A stretch of DNA of 64,000 bases from Chlorobiaceae bacterium (GTDB taxonomy: Bacteria; Bacteroidota; Ignavibacteria; UBA10030; SZUA-254). Location of the stretch: contig PNNN01000049.1 in the NCBI GenBank assembly GCA_013824245.1, positions 13,202 to 77,201 of the forward strand, written 5' to 3'. The notes under the pieces are model-generated. The model was given only the letters and a program-made list of their open reading frames with translations. It was not told the origin of the DNA and ran no database searches. Positions 57,658 to 64,000 of the stretch are shown piece after piece; positions within the stretch are counted from its first letter, which is position 1; every line of letters starts with the position of its first letter. The position numbers and the translations under genes were made by a program.

Positions 57658-60600
57658 TCAGTGTATATGAATCATTTTTTTCACCTGACATTCATGCGAT
57701 GTTTGAAATTTATAAAAATAAATACCACTTGGTAAATTTTCAGAATTCCATTCAACCGTATGTATCCCTGGTTCTTTGTTATTATCGACTAATGTTGAAA
57801 TTTCTCTCCCGAGAATATCATAAATTTTAATTGATACATGACCCTGTATTTTGACTTGATATTCAAAGGCAGTATATCTTGAGAATGGATTTGGTTTATT
57901 TTGGGATAATGTATATGAGTGATGCTTCGATTCTCGATCGATAATTACGCTAGTTGTAGGAGCCGGATGTTTAATGATTGCAAAAACCCTCCAATCTGGT
58001 GCATCGAACATTCCTGCTGAATAAACATTACCCGATTTGTCAACATCAACTGCCCAACCCCAATCATCCGAATATTCCGGACCACTAACAGCACTTGACC
58101 ATTCTAAACCTGTTTGATTGAATTTTAGCAGAAGAATATCTTGTCCCATCGTTTCTCCACTTGAGATTCTTCCAACTACATAAACACTTCCATCTGAACT
58201 AATTGCTAATTTGGAAGCGCCTGCATCAACATTATTTAAAACTGAGTATGGTAAAATCCATTTTTCTTGACCATCACCGTTGTACATAATAGTAACGCAA
58301 TAGCTACCGGTCACATATATCATTCCATCTTTATCAACTGTAATATCCGATACGGCACCGAAGGATTTGTCGTACATTCTAGACCATAGTAGATTACCCG
58401 TTGAATCATATTTAATTGTCGACATACACGCCGTTCCATTACGAGTTCTTTCACTATAACCACCTATATAGACATTTCCAAAATTATCTACAAATATAGC
58501 CCTACTAAAATCGTTGCCATTTGCCAATCCATTATATAATTGCTTCCATATTTCTTTACCATCGCTGTCAAACTTTATTAATACCATGTCTTTCAATGTT
58601 TCTACACCCGTGCTACCTCCTGTTACACATATATTACCTTTTTGATCAATCACGATATTAACAAAAAAATCTTCTGAATGAGCAGGTCCATCATACAGTC
58701 TCATCCATTCAATATTTCCATATTGATTTAATTTGACCAGAGTGCCATTTAATTCTTCATTTGATATATAGCTATACCCCGCGATATAAATTGCATTTGA
58801 ATCATAAACTGCAATATCCGAGAGAAAATTATTATGTTTTCCCGAGGCATCATATTGTTGAACCCAAAGTTCCTCACCTTGTGGATTGTATTTTATTATT
58901 AGGAAGTCTCTCGTAGAGTACCCCTGTTTTGTAGCTCCAACATAAATGTTTCCCGTACTATCTTGAGCGATATCCGTAAAAATCGCTTTTTCCTTAAATG
59001 CTTCCCATAATATCTCACTTTTACTGTTTAGTTTTATTAATCCAATTCCATCTCCTATCATACCGGTTACATAAACATCACCCTTATTATCAACAAGGAG
59101 ATTTTCTGCAATAGCAGACGAAGTGCCAGGTCCATTATAGAGTTGATTCCATATATCTTTGCCCGATGGATCAATCTTTAACACCATGAGGTCATCTGAC
59201 GTATTTTGGAAGATACAAAAACCACCAATGAAGATATTACCAGAATTATCTAACTTCATATCTATTGGGGCAGTTGCACCACCTAAAAGGTATCTTGATT
59301 GCCACCGCTGATTGCCATCGGGAGCGTATTTTACAGTCGAACAATACATCATATCGATTGTAGTTGTGATGCCAGTAACGATGACATTTCCCGAATCATC
59401 CTGAGAAAATCCTTGAGGTGAATTATTCCCATTATTGCTATAGCGAGAACTCCAACATTCTTCTCCAATTGAATCATATTTTATCGTTAAAAAATCGGCA
59501 AGTGAATCCGATTCCTCGCTATTCCCTGTTACATAAGCATTCCCCGAATCATCAGCTATGATCGCAAACGCTCCGTCGTTAGAATTTATTTGACCTGTAT
59601 AACGTTTAGTCCACTCTATGGTTCCGTTGGAATTATACTTAATTGTTAGGTAATCGTCACTCAAATCAGTTCCTTTGCTATAGCCAGTTACATAGACGAA
59701 GCCAGAATCATCTAAATCAACAGAGGTAGCGAAATCAATGGAGTGAGATGGTCCATCATATTCTTTAATCCATTGAATCTCTCCTCCAAAAGTACATTTC
59801 ATTGTTGTATAATCATAAGATGTGCCTGTGTTAGACGAATAACCTACAAGGTAAATTGATTCCCTTTGATTATCGATTGCTAAACTTATTGGTAAACTTA
59901 CTGCATCTCCAGTCCCGGTATGTTTAACAACCCAGAGTTTCTCACCTTGATTGTTATATTTAACCACAGCCCATGTTGGACGGATATTACTATTGTAGGT
60001 ATACCCACACACGTATATATCCCCATCTAAATCTATACCCATCGTAACCGGTCGATCAAATGAACCTCCAGAGTCATCATAACGTTGAACCCACTGCTCA
60101 ACACCGTTAGAGTCGTATTTGATTAAAACATAATCATAATTTGTTCCGCTTCCATAACTATAACCTGTTACATATACGTTAGCTGAATCATCTATCGCAA
60201 TCTTCACGCTCCAATCTTTGAAGCTTCCGAGACCGTCATAGCGTCTAACCCACTTCTGTTCACCATCCGAGGAATATTTTATTGTTACTATATCATAATA
60301 TGCTTCCGGACTCTCGCTAGGTCCAGTAGCGTAGAGATTACCATTTTTATCACGTGCAATTGATGTGGCTGCTTCATGACCTGGAATCGTGCCACCTCCA
60401 TAACGCTTAACCCATTCAGGTTTTGGCGCATCATTATTACTCTGAAATTCCGTATTCAATAATTGATTCTTGGATGAACTTGAATTCGGATAACAATTTA
60501 AATTTTCATTGTGGAAATCATTTCTATCCAACTGATTTTTAGTTTGTGGATATTGAAATCTTTCAGTCTCGTAATTAAATATAGAATCAAAAAATCCATG

Positions 60601-60690
60601 ATATTTAGAACTATCATGAAACTGCAATGATTTACTCGAAATAGAAAGAGTAATTGTCATTATACTTATTAACAATATTCCATTTTGCAT
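57658..60690 (-). CDS. SBBP beta-propeller-repeat protein with a T9SS C-terminal sorting domain
   Basis: More than 15 repeats of the ...G(N/D).YVTGYS....DY.TIKY...G...W pattern. C-terminal tail NKPNPFSRYTAFEY...GIYFYKF... Confidence 0.8.
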   Translation of the reverse strand: MQNGILLISIMTITLSISSKSLQFHDSSKYHGFFDSIFNYETERFQYPQTKNQLDRNDFHNENLNCYPNSSSSKNQLLNTEFQSNNDAPKPEWVKRYGGGTIPGHEAATSIARDKNGNLYATGPSESPEAYYDIVTIKYSSDGEQKWVRRYDGLGSFKDWSVKIAIDDSANVYVTGYSYGSGTNYDYVLIKYDSNGVEQWVQRYDDSGGSFDRPVTMGIDLDGDIYVCGYTYNSNIRPTWAVVKYNNQGEKLWVVKHTGTGDAVSLPISLAIDNQRESIYLVGYSSNTGTSYDYTTMKCTFGGEIQWIKEYDGPSHSIDFATSVDLDDSGFVYVTGYSKGTDLSDDYLTIKYNSNGTIEWTKRYTGQINSNDGAFAIIADDSGNAYVTGNSEESDSLADFLTIKYDSIGEECWSSRYSNNGNNSPQGFSQDDSGNVIVTGITTTIDMMYCSTVKYAPDGNQRWQSRYLLGGATAPIDMKLDNSGNIFIGGFCIFQNTSDDLMVLKIDPSGKDIWNQLYNGPGTSSAIAENLLVDNKGDVYVTGMIGDGIGLIKLNSKSEILWEAFKEKAIFTDIAQDSTGNIYVGATKQGYSTRDFLIIKYNPQGEELWVQQYDASGKHNNFLSDIAVYDSNAIYIAGYSYISNEELNGTLVKLNQYGNIEWMRLYDGPAHSEDFFVNIVIDQKGNICVTGGSTGVETLKDMVLIKFDSDGKEIWKQLYNGLANGNDFSRAIFVDNFGNVYIGGYSERTRNGTACMSTIKYDSTGNLLWSRMYDKSFGAVSDITVDKDGMIYVTGSYCVTIMYNGDGQEKWILPYSVLNNVDAGASKLAISSDGSVYVVGRISSGETMGQDILLLKFNQTGLEWSSAVSGPEYSDDWGWAVDVDKSGNVYSAGMFDAPDWRVFAIIKHPAPTTSVIIDRESKHHSYTLSQNKPNPFSRYTAFEYQVKIQGHVSIKIYDILGREISTLVDNNKEPGIHTVEWNSENLPSGIYFYKFQTSHECQVKKMIHIH

Positions 60691-60793
60691 TTAATTAAGA
60701 TCTATTTGTTATGGTCAAGTATGCTCAAATTATTCTGAATTATCCGCTTATGATACAAGTTTATAATAATATCAATAAAATGCAACAAAATGC

Positions 60794-60822
60794 TTGACAT
60801 TTAAATTATATTTCATTAAACT
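60794..60822 (+). promoter_or_regulatory. sigma70-like promoter TTGACA-N17-TAAACT
   Basis: TTGACA at 60794-60799, TAAACT at 60817-60822. Confidence 0.35.
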
Positions 60823-60932
60823 GGTGCGAGAGATTACTGGGAATGGGATTTCGTTAAAAATGAAATCTTAATTTTACGCTGATTGGGAAAGAAAATAGAA
60901 GTGCAATAAATATTATTTTTTATTAATCATTC

Positions 60933-61613
60933 ATGTTCAATAAAAGTGAGGTACTTGCCATGTTAAAATCAAACTATTTTAGATTTTCGTTTTTTGGAGG
61001 GATAATAATATTTTGGGTATTTCTGAATAATTTGTTTGCATTTGATAAACCCAAAGGTCCTTTTGAAGTTAAACTTAATATAGAATCAACTGTTGGTTCT
61101 GAAAATGCAACATTGGTTGTTAAGTGCAGAGGCCTTATGGCTTTTATTAATGGGGAAGTTTCGATTAAATATTCTCAGGATACAATTCCAATTATCGATT
61201 ATGACAGAGATGAGAGATTGAAGAAAGGAAGGATCACCATATGGAGAGGTAACTCTGATGCTGTCTTTGTTAAAGAGTTGCGATACCCGTTCAATTTAAA
61301 AATAGGTGAAAAAGCATTTTTTAATGTGATGTTTAGTGGAACAACTATTTATGATCAACACTTCACGGGACATCGCCAATCAATTTTCATGCATAATACT
61401 AATCAGGGCATTACAACTTCTATATCATCGTTTGATGATCTTTATGAAATAGAGGTCTTTTCAGAAATTAAAATGAAAGGATACGAAAAATTATCAAGGC
61501 GAGATATAATGAAACTCGATCCCGACCTAGCCGATAGGATCAAGAAAATGCATACAAAATGGCCTGAGCAAATAAAACGGGAGAGGAATAAAGGTAGAAA
61601 ACAGAAGCCATAA
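60933..61613 (+). CDS. Hypothetical protein with an N-terminal TM anchor
   Basis: 226 aa. No family was recognised. Confidence 0.55.
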   Translation: MFNKSEVLAMLKSNYFRFSFFGGIIIFWVFLNNLFAFDKPKGPFEVKLNIESTVGSENATLVVKCRGLMAFINGEVSIKYSQDTIPIIDYDRDERLKKGRITIWRGNSDAVFVKELRYPFNLKIGEKAFFNVMFSGTTIYDQHFTGHRQSIFMHNTNQGITTSISSFDDLYEIEVFSEIKMKGYEKLSRRDIMKLDPDLADRIKKMHTKWPEQIKRERNKGRKQKP

Positions 61614-61683
61614 TATTAACAATCAATTATATACAAAACAGCATTATAAGATTTATATTAAAATTATGGAAGGGTAAAACAAA

Positions 61684-64000
61684 ATGAAGCTAAATATTTA
61701 TTTAACGCTGATTAACATACTGGTGCTAAAATTTAAAAATTTATTTAAGTATAATATTATCTGGATTGTTCTATCGGTGATAGGTGGGTATATCATTTTC
61801 GGTAATAAAATTTATGCTCAAGACAACTATGAAAATGATAATTCAATATCTGCAGCAAAAACCCAAGCTTTTAATACACCATCGGATCCACCACATTCAA
61901 TTCATGTAAACAGCGACATAGATTATGTGAAATTTACTCTTAGCAATGCTAGTGAGGTTATCATTGAGACTGATGGATCTGAAGATGGTGATACACATAT
62001 TTCTCTTTACTATCCAAACGGATATCCAGTTGAGGATGATAATGGTAATCCAATCGAAGATGATGATGGAGGTAGTACTCAATTATATTCAAAAATTGTT
62101 ACCACACTTGAGTCTGGTACATATTATATTAAAGTTATTGAATCCGGACAGAATGATGTTATACCGGAATATAAAATTACGATAGCAATCCCTGATAGTT
62201 TTGAAGATGATAACGCATGGCAAAATGCAAAACCACAATCCACTAATTCGACATCAGATAAACATAATATTTTACCTTATGACGACGAAGATTTTGTAAT
62301 ATTCACTTTGTCAACCTCAGCGTTCGTCATAATTAAAACAGATGGTATTCCAAACGGTGATACTAAATTAGAGCTTTATTATTTACAAGATGGCGCGCTT
62401 TGCTTAATTACAGAGAACGATGATAATCCGAATGATCTTTCAACATATTACTCAATGATTGCAGAAAATCTTGAAGCACGCGATTACTATATTTCAGTGA
62501 GCGGTAGTAATACTGAATTAGCATATTATACAATCGATATAAGAACAAGTGAACCATTTCGTCTTTATGGAAAAATTCAGTACACTGACAATGCCGGGAA
62601 AATATTCGATGTGCGATATGCTCATGTTAAAATATTTGATCAAGAAACCTCAGGTGATAGACAGGTTGGAGAAGCTTATACAGATGAAATTGGAAATTAT
62701 AGCTGTGATAATATTATTCAAGATGAAATAGAGGGTTTAGATCTTTATTTTGAAGTGAATACTGAAGGATATGATAATATTTTACAAACACAGAGTTCGA
62801 TCGGGAAAATTGGTAATGTCAGAAATTATAATACACAAAATATATATTATTCGACTTCCACTAAATATAGTAATTTACCTGGTTCGGAAAAACTATTAGA
62901 CCTAACAATATCAGTTGAACAAGAACGCGGAGCATTTTCTGTTTATAATTCACTTGTGGAAGGATATAAGCAAGGGAAAGATAAACTACAATTAAACCTT
63001 GATCCAGTAACTGTTTTATGGAATGCCAATTTTACGCAGCAATTTTCTAAGACGATAGAAGCAGTTGAGCTAGACCGCTGGGATAGGGATGTGATAATGC
63101 ATGAGTATGGGCACTATATTGCCCAGGAAGTCGGCTTTGCTCAAGGGTTGGTTGGTGCAAATCCTAATCACGCATGGACTGTCGATCTAAGAATATGGCC
63201 TGTTACTAGAACACCTGATGAAGCAATCAATTTAGCCTTCCGTGAAGCATGGCCGACATTTTTTGCTATTGCGTCACAGTTCGATAACACCAATGATGAT
63301 TATTATGATGATACAGAAGATTGGCCAACTCCACTGCGTCATAGTTTGGAGGATGACACTAAGATTTTACTTACGGATAATTCAGGTAACGTTGTCCCTG
63401 GTAAATTTGTTGAAGGATTGGTAGGTTGTGCATTGTGGGATATGTATGATGATAACGAAGGTACATACGATAATAATGACAATTTGAATCTTGGGATGAG
63501 TTTATCGCCTAATGACAAAATGTGGGATGTAATAAAGAATAGGGCTGTGGGGGTAACTATAGATCACGTTATTCATTATTGGAATGCTTGGTTTAGTAAG
63601 TATACATATAATCGTGATGTGACTAGAATATTTCTTGATCATAAGATGGACTTTATTGCCCAACCAGCAATAACACCAATAGTTCCAAATAATGCCAGTA
63701 CCGGTATTTCAGTTTTGATACCGGATATTACTTGGACGAATGGAGGAAACACAACTTCATATGATGTATATATAGGAACCACTAATCCACCTTCTAATGC
63801 TGATCTAAAAGGAAATACTGTTACAACATCATGGACTCCAAATTTAATGTGCGATACTAAATACTACTGGCAAATTATCTCAAAAGATGGTAAGGCAGAA
63901 GCCGAAAGTCCTGTTTGGAATTTTACTACTGATGCCACCACTACATTTCTAAAAAACATGATTACTGGTTGGAATCTTGCGAGCCTTCCTGTTTATCTTA
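61684..64000 (+). CDS. Secreted zinc metalloprotease (HEYGH) with two N-terminal pre-peptidase-C-terminal-like domains; 3' end beyond the window
   Basis: Hand translation from the ATG at 61684 stays open to nt 64000, so it is absent from the ORF track (no stop in the window). It has a signal anchor, two DyvkF/GtYYIkV-type PPC-like domains, VIMHEYGHYIAQE and a later Ig-like segment. Confidence 0.7.
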   Translation, partial: MKLNIYLTLINILVLKFKNLFKYNIIWIVLSVIGGYIIFGNKIYAQDNYENDNSISAAKTQAFNTPSDPPHSIHVNSDIDYVKFTLSNASEVIIETDGSEDGDTHISLYYPNGYPVEDDNGNPIEDDDGGSTQLYSKIVTTLESGTYYIKVIESGQNDVIPEYKITIAIPDSFEDDNAWQNAKPQSTNSTSDKHNILPYDDEDFVIFTLSTSAFVIIKTDGIPNGDTKLELYYLQDGALCLITENDDNPNDLSTYYSMIAENLEARDYYISVSGSNTELAYYTIDIRTSEPFRLYGKIQYTDNAGKIFDVRYAHVKIFDQETSGDRQVGEAYTDEIGNYSCDNIIQDEIEGLDLYFEVNTEGYDNILQTQSSIGKIGNVRNYNTQNIYYSTSTKYSNLPGSEKLLDLTISVEQERGAFSVYNSLVEGYKQGKDKLQLNLDPVTVLWNANFTQQFSKTIEAVELDRWDRDVIMHEYGHYIAQEVGFAQGLVGANPNHAWTVDLRIWPVTRTPDEAINLAFREAWPTFFAIASQFDNTNDDYYDDTEDWPTPLRHSLEDDTKILLTDNSGNVVPGKFVEGLVGCALWDMYDDNEGTYDNNDNLNLGMSLSPNDKMWDVIKNRAVGVTIDHVIHYWNAWFSKYTYNRDVTRIFLDHKMDFIAQPAITPIVPNNASTGISVLIPDITWTNGGNTTSYDVYIGTTNPPSNADLKGNTVTTSWTPNLMCDTKYYWQIISKDGKAEAESPVWNFTTDATTTFLKNMITGWNLASLPVYL

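Overview
Low-GC bacterial chromosome segment. The gene content looks like the FCB group, probably Ignavibacteriota-like: T9SS C-terminal sorting tails, a fused E1 alpha/beta 2-oxoacid dehydrogenase, and a separate atpDC pair. This placement is a guess from gene content, not a search result. Most of the window is housekeeping: class I fumarase, atpDC, alr, rlpA, rpiB, pdaD, smpB, an lpdA-lipB-E1-E2-lipA lipoate/2-oxoacid dehydrogenase cluster, dcp, mnmA, an acyl-CoA carboxyltransferase and an MltD-like lytic transglycosylase. It also holds secreted or outer-membrane proteins, including tandem S1 proteases, T9SS cargo and a TonB-dependent receptor. Many genes have Shine-Dalgarno sites, and several share a TTGACA-N17-TATATT promoter pattern. 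The accessory part is a ~7.2 kb integrase island (48.6-55.8 kb) at a tRNA-Ser(CGA) locus. Four tRNA-Ser-derived segments lie there in nested order. One is the intact gene and one is a clean 59-nt copy of its 5' part. The other two are interrupted only in cloverleaf loops by GC-rich mini-hairpins of the form T..GCC-loop-GGC..A, some nested inside one another. A small GIY-YIG ORF sits exactly between the intact tRNA and the displaced copy. This locus is the strongest candidate for something undescribed. A second oddity is a family of intergenic tracts built from heptamers that change by one or two bases from one unit to the next (19.8-22.6 kb and 43.0 kb). No rRNA genes or CRISPR arrays were seen.
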